From Pseudomonadota bacterium (lineage in GTDB: Bacteria > Pseudomonadota > Gammaproteobacteria > SURF-13), in the NCBI GenBank assembly GCA_041695325.1, contig JBGFRC010000050.1, positions 6,435-70,434 of the forward strand: a DNA stretch of 64,000 nucleotides, in the 5' to 3' direction. The position numbers and the translations under genes are program-made. How positions within the stretch are numbered: position 1 is the stretch's first letter; each line of letters opens with the position of its first letter. Below, piece by piece: positions 29,371 to 43,848 of the stretch. The notes beneath the pieces were generated by a model. It was given only the letters and a program-made list of their open reading frames with translations, was not told where the DNA came from and did no database searches.

Positions 29371-30597
29371 TTAAACCACCGACCCCATCTTGAAGATGGG
29401 CAGATACATGGCGACCACCAGTCCGCCCACCATCACGCCCAGTATCGCCATGATCATCGGCTCCAGCAGGCTGGAAAGCGAGTCCACCATGTTATCCACT
29501 TCTTCCTCATAGAAGTCGGCGACCTTGCCCAGCATGGCGTCGAGCGAGCCGGCCTCCTCGCCTATCGCCACCATCTGCACCACCATGTTGGGGAACAGTT
29601 GCGCGTTGCGCATCGCCACGTTCATCTGCGTGCCGGTCGCGACCTCGTCGCGCATGCGCATGATGGCGTCCGCATAGACGATATTGCCGGACGCGCCCGC
29701 CACCGAGACCATGGATTCCACCAGCGGCACGCCCGCCGCGAACATGGTGGACAGGGTGCGCGCGAAGCGCGCGATGGCGCCCTTGTGCAGAATCACGCCG
29801 ATCACCGGCACCCTGAGCAACAAGCGGTCGAAGAAATGAGCCGCCGCCTTGGAGCGTTTTCTCGCCTCGATGAGCGCGTAAACGCCGCCGCCGAGCGCGC
29901 CGAAGATCAGCCACCACCACTTCTGGAAAATCGCGGAAAGATTAATCACCATCTGGGTCAGCGCGGGCAGATCGGCGCCGAAACCTTTGAACAGAGACTC
30001 GAACTGGGGAATCACAAAGATAAGCAGGATGGCGGTGATGACGAAGGCCACCACCAACACCGCTGTGGGATAAAACAGCGCCTTTTTGATCTTGCCCTTG
30101 ATCGCCTCGGTTTTTTCCTTATAGGTGGCGATCTTGTTCATCAGGCTCTCCAGGATGCCGGCCTGCTCACCGGCGCGCACCAGGTTGCAGTATAGCTCGT
30201 CGAACTGGCGCGGATGTTTTTCCAGAGCTTCGGCCAGGGAGCTGCCGCTCTCCACGTCGGCCTTGACGGCGAGTATGAGCTCCTGCATGGCCGGGTTTTC
30301 ATGACCGCGCCCCACGATCTCGAACGCCTGCACCAGCGGCACGCCGGCTGAAATCATGGTGGACATCTGCCGGCTCAGCACGGCGATGTCTTTCGGGGTA
30401 ATCTTCTTCTTCGACCGTCCGCCGAACAGCGGCGCGGGTTTCTTCGCCACCTTGAGCGGGTTGATGCCCTGGCGGCGCAAGTCGGCCTTGACCAGGGCTG
30501 GGCTCGCACCCTTGATTTCGCCCTTGACGCGCGCGCCTTGCTTGTTGGAGCCTTCCCAGACAAAGGTCTCCAACGCTTTTGCCGCCTTCTCAGCCAT
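29371..30597 (-). CDS. pilC: Type IV pilus inner-membrane platform protein PilC
   Basis: 408 aa, GspF/PilC family with two T2SSF repeats. Confidence 0.9.
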   Translation of the reverse strand: MAEKAAKALETFVWEGSNKQGARVKGEIKGASPALVKADLRRQGINPLKVAKKPAPLFGGRSKKKITPKDIAVLSRQMSTMISAGVPLVQAFEIVGRGHENPAMQELILAVKADVESGSSLAEALEKHPRQFDELYCNLVRAGEQAGILESLMNKIATYKEKTEAIKGKIKKALFYPTAVLVVAFVITAILLIFVIPQFESLFKGFGADLPALTQMVINLSAIFQKWWWLIFGALGGGVYALIEARKRSKAAAHFFDRLLLRVPVIGVILHKGAIARFARTLSTMFAAGVPLVESMVSVAGASGNIVYADAIMRMRDEVATGTQMNVAMRNAQLFPNMVVQMVAIGEEAGSLDAMLGKVADFYEEEVDNMVDSLSSLLEPMIMAILGVMVGGLVVAMYLPIFKMGSVV

Positions 30598-30608
30598 GAT
30601 TCAAAATC

Positions 30609-32327
30609 TCACTCATTGGTGACGTTGAACACTTCTTCCAGGCTGGTGATGCCCTGCTTCACCTTCTTCAAGCCGGACTCGCGCAGATTGGCCACGCCCT
30701 CACGTTTGGCCTGCTCGGCGATCTGCATGGCGTTGGCACCTTGCAGAATCAGGCGCTGGATCTCCTCACTGACGGGCATAACCTGGTAAATACCCACGCG
30801 CCCCTTGTAACCGTTGACGCACAGATCGCAGCCGGCCGGACCGTACAGCGCCAAATCCTTGAGGTCCGCCACCGTGAAGCCGGCCTTGAGCAGCTCCTCA
30901 CGCGGCATGGTCACGGGCTTCTTGCAATGCCTGCACAAGCGCCGCCCCAGGCGTTGTGCGATGATGAGAATCACCGCCGAGGCGATGTTGAACGCCGGCA
31001 CCCCCATGTTGGCGAGGCGCGTGAGAGTGCTGGGCGCATCGTTGGTGTGCAACGTGGACAGCACCATGTGGCCAGTCTGCGCCGCCTTGACGGCGATATC
31101 GGCGGTCTCCAGGTCGCGGATCTCGCCCACCATGACCACGTCCGGGTCCTGGCGCAAAAACGCGCGCAGCGCGGAGGCGAAGGTGAGCCCCGCCCTGGGA
31201 TTGACGTTCACCTGGTTGATGCCCGGCAGGTTGATTTCCACCGGGTCTTCGGCGGTGGAGATGTTGCGGTCATCCGTGTTCAGAATGTTGAGCGCGGTGT
31301 ACAAGGAAACCGTTTTGCCGCTGCCGGTCGGGCCGGTGACCAGCACCATGCCGTAGGGGCGGTGGATGGCGTCCAGGAACAACTGCTTCTGATCCGGTTC
31401 GTAACCCAGGGCGTCTATGCCGAGCCTGGCGCTGGAAGGATCCAGGATACGCATCACCACCTTCTCGCCGAACAGGGTAGGGCAGGTGCTGACGCGAAAA
31501 TCTATGGCGCGATTCTGCGATATCCTCAGCTTCATGCGCCCGTCCTGCGGCACGCGCCGCTCGGAAATATCCAGACGCGACATCACCTTGAGGCGCGCGG
31601 CGATGCGCGGCGCCAGCGCCACTGGCGGGGCGGCCACCTCGCCCAGCTCGCCGTCTATGCGGTAGCGCACGCGATACTTCTTTTCATACGGTTCAAAATG
31701 GATGTCCGAGGCGCCCTTGTTGATGGCGTCGAGCAACACCTTGTGCACAAACTTGACGATGGGCGCGTCATCTGCGCCTATCTCCGCCGCCCCCTCCTGC
31801 ACTGACTCATCACCGGCCGTGACCTCCAGCTCCAGGGCGTCCATGTCGGCGCCCTCCAGCTCCTCCATGGGATTGGCGTGCGCCTCCAGGGCCTTTTCGA
31901 TGGTCTTGGCAAGCTTGTCCTCTTCAACCAGTATCGCCTCGGTGTTGAGGCCGGTGTGGAACTTGATTTCGTCCAGCGCCTGCAGACTGGTCAGGTCGGA
32001 AACGGCGACAAACAAACGATTGCCGCGTTTGTGCAGGGGCAGCACGTGATGCTGGCGCATCAGCTTCTCTTCCACCAGCGCAACGGGGGCGTGTTCCAGA
32101 TTCAGGGCGTTGAGGTCAAACAGCGGCAGGCCGAACTCCTGTGCGGACGCATTGGCGATGGCCGCTGCATCAAGCAGTTTCTTCTCCACCAGATGGGCGA
32201 CGAACGAGGTGCGGTTTTTCAGCGCATCCTCATGGGCCGTGAGCACCGCCTGCTCGGTAAGCAGGTTATCCAGCACCAGACGGCGCGCCAGCCCGCTCAG
32301 CTTGGGCCTGATCCCGGAGACCGCCAT
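30609..32327 (-). CDS. pilB: Type IV pilus assembly ATPase PilB
   Basis: 572 aa. GspE N-terminal domains, Walker A GPTGSGKT, tetracysteine CRHC...CDLC. Confidence 0.95.
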   Translation of the reverse strand: MAVSGIRPKLSGLARRLVLDNLLTEQAVLTAHEDALKNRTSFVAHLVEKKLLDAAAIANASAQEFGLPLFDLNALNLEHAPVALVEEKLMRQHHVLPLHKRGNRLFVAVSDLTSLQALDEIKFHTGLNTEAILVEEDKLAKTIEKALEAHANPMEELEGADMDALELEVTAGDESVQEGAAEIGADDAPIVKFVHKVLLDAINKGASDIHFEPYEKKYRVRYRIDGELGEVAAPPVALAPRIAARLKVMSRLDISERRVPQDGRMKLRISQNRAIDFRVSTCPTLFGEKVVMRILDPSSARLGIDALGYEPDQKQLFLDAIHRPYGMVLVTGPTGSGKTVSLYTALNILNTDDRNISTAEDPVEINLPGINQVNVNPRAGLTFASALRAFLRQDPDVVMVGEIRDLETADIAVKAAQTGHMVLSTLHTNDAPSTLTRLANMGVPAFNIASAVILIIAQRLGRRLCRHCKKPVTMPREELLKAGFTVADLKDLALYGPAGCDLCVNGYKGRVGIYQVMPVSEEIQRLILQGANAMQIAEQAKREGVANLRESGLKKVKQGITSLEEVFNVTNE

Positions 32328-32502
32328 AAGTTACCCCTGATTGATTGACACACTGTCTTCCAATGTTAGTGGATTCCCCGCCAATAGCCAATAGAGCCCC
32401 CCTATCCAGCGGGGAGCGCGGGGCAAGCCCGCTCCTTGTCATCCGCCGCGGCTCGAAGTACCATGCTTGTTCTATCACACCCCGCAGCTGGAGTTGCGTT
32501 TC

Positions 32503-33375
32503 ATGTTTCACGGCAGTATGGTGGCCCTGGTCACGCCCATGCGCGCGGACGGGTCGCTCGACCCGGAGAGCCTGTCCCGGCTCATCGAATTCCACATCGA
32601 GAACGGCACCGACGCCATCGTCGCGGTCGGCACCACCGGCGAGTCCGCCACGCTGGACATGGAGGAACATTGCCGGGTGATCCGCCAGGCGGTGGAGTTC
32701 ACGCGCGGACGCGTGCCGGTGATCGCGGGCACCGGCGCCAACGCCACCAGCGAGGCCATCGAGCTCACCCGCTCGGCGCTGCATTCCGGCGCCGATGCCT
32801 GCCTGCTGGTCACGCCTTACTACAACAAGCCCACCCAGGAGGGCTTGTATCTGCATTTCAAGACCATCGCCGAGGCCGTGCCCATCCCGCAAATCCTGTA
32901 CAACGTGCCCGGCCGCACCGCCTGCGACCTGCTGCCGGATACCGTGGCGCGCCTCGCCCCCGTCTCCAATATCGTGGGGCTCAAGGAGGCCACGGGCAAT
33001 CTCGCGCGCGCGCGCGAGATATTGGAGCGCTGTGGTGATAGAATAGACCTTTACGCGGGCGACGACGCCACGGCCATGGACGTGATACTGCAAGGCGGCA
33101 AGGGCGTGATCTCGGTAACCGCCAATATCGCACCCCGGCTCATGCGCGACATGTGCGCCGCCGCGCTGCGCGGCGAGCGTGCGCAGGCGGAGGCGCTCAA
33201 CCAGCGGCTCATGGCGCTGCACCGTGATTTGTTTATCGAATCCAACCCGATTCCGGTCAAGTGGGCGCTCCATGAGATGGGGCTGATCCCGCCCGGCATA
33301 CGCCTGCCGCTGACCCCCTTATCGGCAGGCTGCCATGATCGGGTCAGGGCCGCCATGCAACAGGCGATCAGTTAG
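32503..33375 (+). CDS. dapA: 4-hydroxy-tetrahydrodipicolinate synthase
   Basis: Frame of ORF 32467..33375. Likely start [13 protein letters not shown] (ATG 32503), typical of DapA. Stop TAG is embedded in the end of the following MITE-like element. Confidence 0.93.
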   Translation: MFHGSMVALVTPMRADGSLDPESLSRLIEFHIENGTDAIVAVGTTGESATLDMEEHCRVIRQAVEFTRGRVPVIAGTGANATSEAIELTRSALHSGADACLLVTPYYNKPTQEGLYLHFKTIAEAVPIPQILYNVPGRTACDLLPDTVARLAPVSNIVGLKEATGNLARAREILERCGDRIDLYAGDDATAMDVILQGGKGVISVTANIAPRLMRDMCAAALRGERAQAEALNQRLMALHRDLFIESNPIPVKWALHEMGLIPPGIRLPLTPLSAGCHDRVRAAMQQAIS

Positions 33376-33612
33376 CAGTTCGTTGAAAAACGAACTGCCA
33401 GGCGCCACAGGGGTAAGCCATGCCGGTGGCATGGCGAACGGGCGCACAGGACGTGCGCCCTGGACTTTTCCGCGGAGCCGGGACGGCGCAGCGGAAAAGT
33501 GCCGCATCGAAAATCAAACACACAAGTGTTTGATTTTCGGAGCGAGGCGGGACATGCGCCGCGCCGAGCGAGTTGAAAATCGCCAAGGATGGCGATTTTC
33601 AACAAACTGTTA
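33374..33612. mobile_element. MITE-like repeat, copy B (~239 bp; same element as 747-901 with an extra 84-bp hairpin-rich internal segment)
   Basis: Same TIRs (tagcagttcgttgaaaaa ... attttcaacaaactgttag) and the same internal palindromes (cgaaaatcaaacac-n-gtgtttgattttcg; ggcgcggacatg-gccgcgcc). The dapA stop TAG is the first 3 nt. Confidence 0.7.
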
Positions 33613-33617
33613 GAGCT

Positions 33618-33672
33618 TACCTCCCCCTCTCCCGCTTGCGCGGGAGAGGGATGGGGAGAGGCAATGGGTTAG
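33618..33672. repeat. REP-like GC-rich palindrome, copy 2 (loop ttgc)
   Basis: ctccccctctcccgc-ttgc-gcgggagaggg-atggggagagg. Same family as 15203-15246. Confidence 0.8.
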
Positions 33673-33681
33673 AGGTTTTTA

Positions 33682-33734
33682 CCTCCCCACCCCTCTCCCG
33701 CGCAAGCGGGAGAGGGGTGGGGAGAGGGTTCCTT
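33682..33734. repeat. REP-like GC-rich palindrome, copy 3 (loop gcaa, i.e. flipped loop)
   Basis: cctccccacccctctcccgc-gcaa-gcgggagagggg-tggggagagggttcc. Tandem with copy 2, immediately upstream of bamC. Confidence 0.8.
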
Positions 33735-33749
33735 AAATACAGGTGATGG

Positions 33750-34943
33750 ATGCAGTCAAAAAAGCAGTTGTTACATTGCGGACTTTTGTTGTTGGCGCTC
33801 GCCGCAGCGGGCGGGTGCAAGGCGATCAGCGCCAAGCTTGACGAAGTAGACCCGGAAAAGCGCGTGGAGTACAAAAAGAGCACCTCGCTCCCGCCGCTGG
33901 AGGTGCCGCCGGACCTCACTAGCTCCACCGTGGACGATACCCTGGCCGTGCCCGACATCACCCCGGGCGGCACCGCGATCTATTCCGTATACAGCGGCGA
34001 GCGCAGCGATCCGCAAGCGGCGCAGCGCGAGAACGTCCTGCCCGGCCAGGACAACATGCGCGTCGAGCGCGACGGCAACAAGCGCTGGCTGGTGTTGCAG
34101 GGCGAACCCGATCAATGGTGGTCCAAGGTGCGCGAATTCTGGCTGCAAAACGGTTACCTCATCAAGCAGGAAGACCCGCGTATCGGCATCATGGAGACCG
34201 ACTGGCTGGAAAACCGCGCCGACATTCCGAAAGACCCCATCCGCTCGGTGCTGAGCAAGGTGTTCGACAATCTCTATTCCGCCGCGACACGCGACAAGTT
34301 CCGCGTGCGCCTGGAGCGCGGCCAGGAGCCGGGCGTCACCGAGCTTTTCCTGAGCCACAGCGGCGTGGAAGAGGTGGTGCAAGGCGAATCCACCCTCTGG
34401 CAGCCACGCCCGTCCGACCCGGAGTTGGAGGCGGAGATGCTCAACCGCCTGATTGTATTTTTCGGCGTGGATGAGAAAAAGGCCAAGACCCTGCTGGCGC
34501 GTGAGGCCTCCGCGCCGCGCGCTACGCTGATCAAGGACGGCAACGGCGGCATCACGCTGACCCTACAGGAAGATTTCTCACGCGCCTGGCGCCGCACCGG
34601 GCTGGCGCTGGACCGCATCGGCTTCACGGTGGAGGACCGCGACCGCTCGCGCGGCTTGTACTTCGTGCGTTACGCCGATCCGCTCAAGGATCAGGAGAAA
34701 AAAGAAGGCTTCATGTCCAGGATGAAATTCTGGGACAAGGACGATAAAAAACCGCCGACCGAACAATATCTGGTCAGCGTGGCGAGTGAATCGGACAACA
34801 CGCGCGACGCACAGGGAGGTGCTGGTGTCGCGGGAGGCAGGACGCCGGGAGCGACCATCGCGGTAGTCAACCAGGACGGCGCGCGCGACGACTCGGAAAC
34901 CGCCAGCCGGATACTGACCTTGCTGTATGAACAGCTAAAGTAA
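33750..34943 (+). CDS. bamC: Outer membrane protein assembly factor BamC (NlpB) lipoprotein
   Basis: 397 aa. Signal peptide with lipobox LAAAGGC. Position downstream of dapA as in E. coli (dapA-bamC). NlpB/DapX family similarity by eye. Confidence 0.75.
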   Translation: MQSKKQLLHCGLLLLALAAAGGCKAISAKLDEVDPEKRVEYKKSTSLPPLEVPPDLTSSTVDDTLAVPDITPGGTAIYSVYSGERSDPQAAQRENVLPGQDNMRVERDGNKRWLVLQGEPDQWWSKVREFWLQNGYLIKQEDPRIGIMETDWLENRADIPKDPIRSVLSKVFDNLYSAATRDKFRVRLERGQEPGVTELFLSHSGVEEVVQGESTLWQPRPSDPELEAEMLNRLIVFFGVDEKKAKTLLAREASAPRATLIKDGNGGITLTLQEDFSRAWRRTGLALDRIGFTVEDRDRSRGLYFVRYADPLKDQEKKEGFMSRMKFWDKDDKKPPTEQYLVSVASESDNTRDAQGGAGVAGGRTPGATIAVVNQDGARDDSETASRILTLLYEQLK

Positions 34944-34963
34944 GCAAAGGCAACATTGTCAAT

Positions 34964-38854
<3,891 letters not shown>

Positions 38855-38867
38855 CAGTGGTTGGCAG

Positions 38868-40205
38868 CTACTCGCAGCTCTTTTCAAACAACGCGACCGC
38901 CTCGATGTGCGTGGTGTGGGGGAACATGTCCACCACCCCTGCGCTTATCAAGCGGTAGCCGCCTGCAACCAGCTCACGCGCATCGCGCGCCAGAGTGGCG
39001 GGATGGCAGGAGACGTAAACGATGTGCGCGGCGCCGAACGCCGGGAGTTGTTTGATAACCTCCAGGGCGCCGGTGCGGGGCGGGTCGAGCAGAATCTTAT
39101 CGAAGCGCCGTTTGGCCCACGGCTGTCCGGTCAAATCCTGGCTGAGATTACAGGCATAAAATTCCGCGTTGCGAATGGCGTTGTGTTGCGCGTTGTCCTG
39201 CGCGCGCTGAATCAGTCTCGCCTCGCCCTCCACGCCCGTGACGTGGGCGGCACGGCGCGCCAAGGGCAGGGTGAAGTTGCCGAGTCCGCAGAATAAATCC
39301 AGCACGCGCTCATGCGCTTGCGGCTGTAGCAGTTCGATCACGCAGCTTATCATGCTGTGATTGATGTCGGCGTTGATTTGCACGAAATCGGTCGGCGCAA
39401 AAAACAGTTGCAGATCGAATTCCGGCAGGCGGTAACTTAAGGCAGCGGCCTCCGGCCAGATCAGCGTGACGCTCTCCGGCCCAGCCGGTTGCAGATAAAT
39501 TTGCAGGTTTTGCTGTTTGCCGAAGCTTTGCAGCTTGACCAGATCGGTATTGCTTAGCGGCGCCAGATTGCGGAACACCAGGGCGATGGCTTCATCGGCT
39601 GCGGCAACCTCGATCTGGGGGATGGTGTTGTAGGCCTCCAGCCCGGCAATCAGTTCGCGCAGCGCCGGGAGCAATCTGCCCACGGCGGGATGCAGCACTT
39701 CGCAGCGCTCGATATCGGCGAGCAACGAGCTGCGCTTCTCGCGGAAGCCGATCAGCAATTTGTCTTTCTTGATGACAAACTTGACGCCCAGGCGCGCCCG
39801 GCGCCGGTAGCCCCAGTGGGGGCCGGTAAGCGGCGCAAGTATGTCCTTTGGTTTAATCCCGCCGATGTGTTTCAGACCATCCAGCAACACCTGCTCCTTG
39901 GCCGCGATTTGCATCTCGGGCGCGAGGTGTTGCAGGCTGCAGCCGCCGCAGATAGTGAAATGCGCGCAGCGTGGTTCGACGCGATCGGGCGACGGGCTGA
40001 TAATTCTTTCGATCTTGCCTTCGTCGTAGCGTTTGCGCCGGGTGACGCAGGTGAACAGCACCTGCTCGCTCGGCAGAGCGCCTTCGATAAATACGGCCTT
40101 GCCGTTGACATGCGCCACCCCGCGCCCGTCCTGGCTCAGGGATTCGACGTGGGCCGCCACCGGCTCCTGCGGCAGCAGTTTGAAATTACGCGGACGGCGG
40201 GACAT
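38868..40205 (-). CDS. rlmD: 23S rRNA (uracil1939-C5)-methyltransferase RlmD (RumA)
   Basis: 445 aa. TRAM domain N-terminus, Fe-S Cys cluster (C..CGGC..QH), SAM MTase motifs DLFCGLGNF. Confidence 0.9.
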   Translation of the reverse strand: MSRRPRNFKLLPQEPVAAHVESLSQDGRGVAHVNGKAVFIEGALPSEQVLFTCVTRRKRYDEGKIERIISPSPDRVEPRCAHFTICGGCSLQHLAPEMQIAAKEQVLLDGLKHIGGIKPKDILAPLTGPHWGYRRRARLGVKFVIKKDKLLIGFREKRSSLLADIERCEVLHPAVGRLLPALRELIAGLEAYNTIPQIEVAAADEAIALVFRNLAPLSNTDLVKLQSFGKQQNLQIYLQPAGPESVTLIWPEAAALSYRLPEFDLQLFFAPTDFVQINADINHSMISCVIELLQPQAHERVLDLFCGLGNFTLPLARRAAHVTGVEGEARLIQRAQDNAQHNAIRNAEFYACNLSQDLTGQPWAKRRFDKILLDPPRTGALEVIKQLPAFGAAHIVYVSCHPATLARDARELVAGGYRLISAGVVDMFPHTTHIEAVALFEKSCE

Positions 40206-40253
40206 TGGGAAATAAAGGTAGGGCCGAATTCATTCGGCCGATGACGTTCGGCG

Positions 40254-41024
40254 TCAGCGCCAGGCGGCGAGAAATTCTTTCAGATGAGATTTGTTATCCT
40301 TCGTCAGCGCGTCGCGCAGGCGCTGGCACTCGCGGGCGTATTCGTCCTGACTCAGGTGGCCGCGTATCAGCTCGAAGCGCAGATAGATGAGGTACGTATT
40401 GAGCACGTCGGTCTCGCAATAGTCGCGGATGGCGGTTATCTCGCCTTGCAGATAGCGCTGCCATACCTTCGCTCCGTCCATGCCCAGCTTGCCGGGAAAA
40501 CCGAGCAGGGTGGCGACCTCATCCAGCGGCGCGGCGGCGCGTACCTGATAACAGGAAAGCACGTCCATCAAATCGGTATGGCGCGAGTGGTAGCGGCTGA
40601 GATAGTTGTTCCATTTGAAGGAGCTGTCCTGCTCGCCGGTATCCCAGTACTTCGGCGCGGCTACACCGTGCAGCAGCGCACGATAGTGCAGCACCGGCAG
40701 ATCAAACCCGCCGCCGTTCCAGGACACCAGCGTCGGCGCGTATTTTTCTATGCCGTCGAAGAAGCGCTCGATCAACTCCTTTTCAGGCGAGTCCGGCTCG
40801 CCCAGCGACCACACCTTCAACTGGTCGCGCGTGCGCAGCACCGCCGAGATCGTCACGATATGCTGTAAATGGTGGCGGAGAAACTCCGAACCCCCGGTTT
40901 CCTGACGGCGCGCGTTGAACATCGCCTCGGCGGCCTGCTTGTCGGTGAGGCCGTCGAGCGCATGAAGCCTGCGCCCACCCTCCACGTCTGGCACGGTTTC
41001 GATGTCGAACGCCAGCACGTTCAT
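40254..41024 (-). CDS. Predicted 3'-5' exonuclease related to the PolB exonuclease domain (COG3298-like)
   Basis: Frame of ORF 40254..41108. Conserved start MNVLAFDIETVPD (Exo I motif). ATG at 41022-41024 overlaps the cysM stop (ATGA). Confidence 0.6.
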   Translation of the reverse strand: MNVLAFDIETVPDVEGGRRLHALDGLTDKQAAEAMFNARRQETGGSEFLRHHLQHIVTISAVLRTRDQLKVWSLGEPDSPEKELIERFFDGIEKYAPTLVSWNGGGFDLPVLHYRALLHGVAAPKYWDTGEQDSSFKWNNYLSRYHSRHTDLMDVLSCYQVRAAAPLDEVATLLGFPGKLGMDGAKVWQRYLQGEITAIRDYCETDVLNTYLIYLRFELIRGHLSQDEYARECQRLRDALTKDNKSHLKEFLAAWR

Positions 41025-41908
41025 GGCGGAAACACGCCGGTAGAAAGATAACGGTCGCCGCGGTCGCACACGATGGTGACAATCACCGCGTTCTTCACCT
41101 CCGCGCACAGACGCAAGGCGGCGTGCAGCGCGCCGCCGGAGGAGATGCCGGCGAAGATGCCCTCGCGCGCGGCCAACTCGCGCGTCGTGGCTTCGGCCTC
41201 GGCCTGGCTCACCTCCATGATGCGGTCCACGCGATTTGGATCATATATCCTGGGCAGATAGGCCTCAGGCCAGCGGCGGATTCCGGGGATTTGCGAGCCT
41301 TCACGGGGCTGCACGCCGATGATTTGCACCGCCGGATTTTTCTCCTTGAAAAAGCGCGCGCAACCCATGATGGTGCCGGTAGTGCCCATGGAGCTGACGA
41401 AATGGGTGATTCCGCCCTGCGTGTCGCGCCATATCTCCGGCGCGGTGCCTTCGTAGTGCGCGCGCGGATTGTCCGGGTTGGCGAACTGATCGAGCACGCG
41501 TCCCTTACCCTCGGCCTGCATCTGCATGGCCAGATCGCGCGCGCCCTCCATGCTCTGCTCGCGGCTGACCAATATGATCTCGGCGCCGAACGCCTTCATC
41601 ACCGCGCGTCGCTCCACGCTCATGTGTTCCGGCATGATGAGCTTCAGGCGGTAGCCGCGTATCGCCGCCGCCATGGCGAGCGCGATGCCGGTATTGCCGC
41701 TGGTGGCCTCGATCAGGGTGTCGCCGGGCTTGATCTCGCCGCGCGCCTCGGCGTGCTTGATCATGCTCATCGCCGGGCGGTCTTTCACCGACCCGGCCGG
41801 GTTGTTACCCTCCAGCTTGGCCAACACCACGTTGCCGGTCTCGCCCGGCAGACGTTGCAGGCGCACCAGCGGTGTGTTGCCGATGTAACTTTCAATAGTC
41901 GGATGCAT
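41021..41908 (-). CDS. cysM: Cysteine synthase B
   Basis: 295 aa. Near-colinear with E. coli CysM: IGNTPLVRLQRL, LEGNNPAGSVKDRPA (PLP lysine), TSGNTGIALA, CDRGDRYLSTGVF. Confidence 0.9.
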   Translation of the reverse strand: MHPTIESYIGNTPLVRLQRLPGETGNVVLAKLEGNNPAGSVKDRPAMSMIKHAEARGEIKPGDTLIEATSGNTGIALAMAAAIRGYRLKLIMPEHMSVERRAVMKAFGAEIILVSREQSMEGARDLAMQMQAEGKGRVLDQFANPDNPRAHYEGTAPEIWRDTQGGITHFVSSMGTTGTIMGCARFFKEKNPAVQIIGVQPREGSQIPGIRRWPEAYLPRIYDPNRVDRIMEVSQAEAEATTRELAAREGIFAGISSGGALHAALRLCAEVKNAVIVTIVCDRGDRYLSTGVFPP

Positions 41909-41913
41909 GGCCT

Positions 41914-42303
41914 TCAGCGCGCAAGCAAGGTCACAAAGGCCAGGGCGTGATCTTCCTCGTCAGCGATACTGATGTAGCTCCCGTCCACACCCAGCCTGTT
42001 TATCAAGGCCAGCGCCTTGCCGTAATAGTGCAGCACCGGCCTGCCGCTGTTTTCATGCCCGACGCCGATCTGGCGCGGCGTGATGCCGTGTCCAAACCCG
42101 GTGCCCAGCGCCTTGACCGCCGCCTCCTTGGCGGCGAAGCGGCGCGCCAGAAAATGCGCCGGGCGCTCGCTCCTGGAGAAATCCTCAAGCTCCTTCTCCG
42201 TCAGAATACGGCGCGCGAACTTTTCTCCATAACACGAGAGGTTATGCTCCATGCGCGCCACGCGCACGATGTCTGTGCCGATGCCGAAGATTCTATCGCT
42301 CAT
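41914..42303 (-). CDS. acpS: Holo-[acyl-carrier-protein] synthase
   Basis: 129 aa. GIGTDIV...[14 protein letters not shown] motifs. Confidence 0.9.
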   Translation of the reverse strand: MSDRIFGIGTDIVRVARMEHNLSCYGEKFARRILTEKELEDFSRSERPAHFLARRFAAKEAAVKALGTGFGHGITPRQIGVGHENSGRPVLHYYGKALALINRLGVDGSYISIADEEDHALAFVTLLAR

Positions 42304-43060
42304 GGCGCGCCTCGCGCATCAACTGTTTCATCTCGCGCACCGCCGTAGCGAAGCCGGTGAACAGCGCGCGCGCCACGATGGCGTGGCCGATGTTGAGTTC
42401 GCTGATCCCGGGCAGCGCTGCGACGGCCTGCACGTTATGATAATTCAGGCCGTGTCCGGCGTTGACTTGCAGGCCGAGCTTTATTCCGTGCTCCACGGCG
42501 CGCACGATGCGCTGCAACTCCTGTTCGCGCGAGGCGGTGCTGGAGCCTGCCCCTGCGAAAGCGGGGGCATCGGCATAGTGGCCGGTGTGGATTTCAATCA
42601 CCGGCGCTCCCGCGCGCGCGGCGGCGTCCACCTGGCGCAGATCGGCGTCAATGAACAACGACACACGCACACCGGCGTCCTTCAGGCGCGCGCAGGCGGC
42701 GCGGATGCGTTCCGGCTGGCCCGCCACGTCCAACCCGCCTTCGGTGGTCAGTTCCTCGCGCCGCTCCGGTACCAGGCAGCACTCCTGGGGCTTGATGCGC
42801 GCGGCGAACGCCAGCATCGCCTCGGTCACCGCCATCTCCAGATTCATGCGCGTCTGCAAAACGCCGCGTAGCATTTCCACGTCGCGCTCCTGGATGTGAC
42901 GCCGGTCTTCGCGCAAGTGCAGGGTGACGGCGTCCGCGCCCGCCTGCTCGGCCTCGATGGCGGCCTGAATGGGATCGGGATAACGCGTGCCCCGTGCCTG
43001 GCGCAGCGTAGCCACGTGGTCAATATTGACCCCCAGCAATATGGGCGCAGGCGCCTTCAT
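42293..43060 (-). CDS. pdxJ: Pyridoxine 5'-phosphate synthase
   Basis: 255 aa. [17 protein letters not shown]-terminus. Confidence 0.95.
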   Translation of the reverse strand: MKAPAPILLGVNIDHVATLRQARGTRYPDPIQAAIEAEQAGADAVTLHLREDRRHIQERDVEMLRGVLQTRMNLEMAVTEAMLAFAARIKPQECCLVPERREELTTEGGLDVAGQPERIRAACARLKDAGVRVSLFIDADLRQVDAAARAGAPVIEIHTGHYADAPAFAGAGSSTASREQELQRIVRAVEHGIKLGLQVNAGHGLNYHNVQAVAALPGISELNIGHAIVARALFTGFATAVREMKQLMREARHER

Positions 43061-43848
43061 GCGGGCTCAACACCGGCGTCTGCGGGCGCCTGCCCGTGCA
43101 TCGCACGCAGACAGGCGGCTTTGGGGTTCATGGTTTTGTGCATGTTAATGAGCAAGGCGCGGCTTTGCAAAGGCTTGTCGCCAAGATACAGCGCCAGCGC
43201 GGCGCGCATCAGCGCTTTAACCTCACGCAGGCTTTGCTCATCGCTTAACTGTTCATTCATAAGAGACAGCAAACTTGCGCCGTGCAGCGCGATACCGTGT
43301 CCCGTCCCCTCGCACTGCACCGGCCCCTGCTCCAGCCGGTAACGGTACAGTTTGCCGGGTTCGATGGACGCGCCGTTCTCCACTTCGTGACTCAGCACCA
43401 GCGCGTAGCCGATTTCCTTCAGCAAATGTTTTTCAAAGATGCGCAGCGCGCGCTGCTCCTCGGTTGCAAGAAGGCTGAGGGTCTCCTGGTAAATCGCAAA
43501 CAGCGCGGGATGCGCGTCGTGCCGGGCGAGCAGGCGCAGCAGCAATTCGTTGAGATAAAAGCCGCTGATCAGGCTCTGCCCGTCGAGACGCGGCGGCGGG
43601 CCGTGAGCCTCCGCCCCGCACAGCGTGGCGAGTTCGCCGCGCCCGGCCCAGGAAACCAGCAGCGGCTGAAACGGCTGCAATGCGCCGTGCAGGCGCGACT
43701 TCGCCGCGCGCGCGCCGCGCGCCACCAGGCCTACGCGCCCATGCTCCGGCGTAAACAACTCCAGCAATAAACTGCTGTCGCGGTAAGGGCGCCGGTGCAG
43801 CACGTAAGCAGGCTGTAAACTGACGCGCGCGTTATTGACCCGGATCAT
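43057..43848 (-). CDS. recO: DNA repair protein RecO
   Basis: 263 aa. OB-fold N-terminus [20 protein letters not shown]. Position between pdxJ and era. Confidence 0.88.
   Translation of the reverse strand: MIRVNNARVSLQPAYVLHRRPYRDSSLLLELFTPEHGRVGLVARGARAAKSRLHGALQPFQPLLVSWAGRGELATLCGAEAHGPPPRLDGQSLISGFYLNELLLRLLARHDAHPALFAIYQETLSLLATEEQRALRIFEKHLLKEIGYALVLSHEVENGASIEPGKLYRYRLEQGPVQCEGTGHGIALHGASLLSLMNEQLSDEQSLREVKALMRAALALYLGDKPLQSRALLINMHKTMNPKAACLRAMHGQAPADAGVEPA

Noticed and set aside
32328-32502. Possible small pilin ORF or sRNA in the pilB-dapA divergent region (contains ccaatagccaatag direct repeat and an imperfect GC hairpin)
   Set aside because: No ORF with a prepilin leader or any start/RBS context. 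The features are too weak to call. It is most likely just the divergent promoter region.
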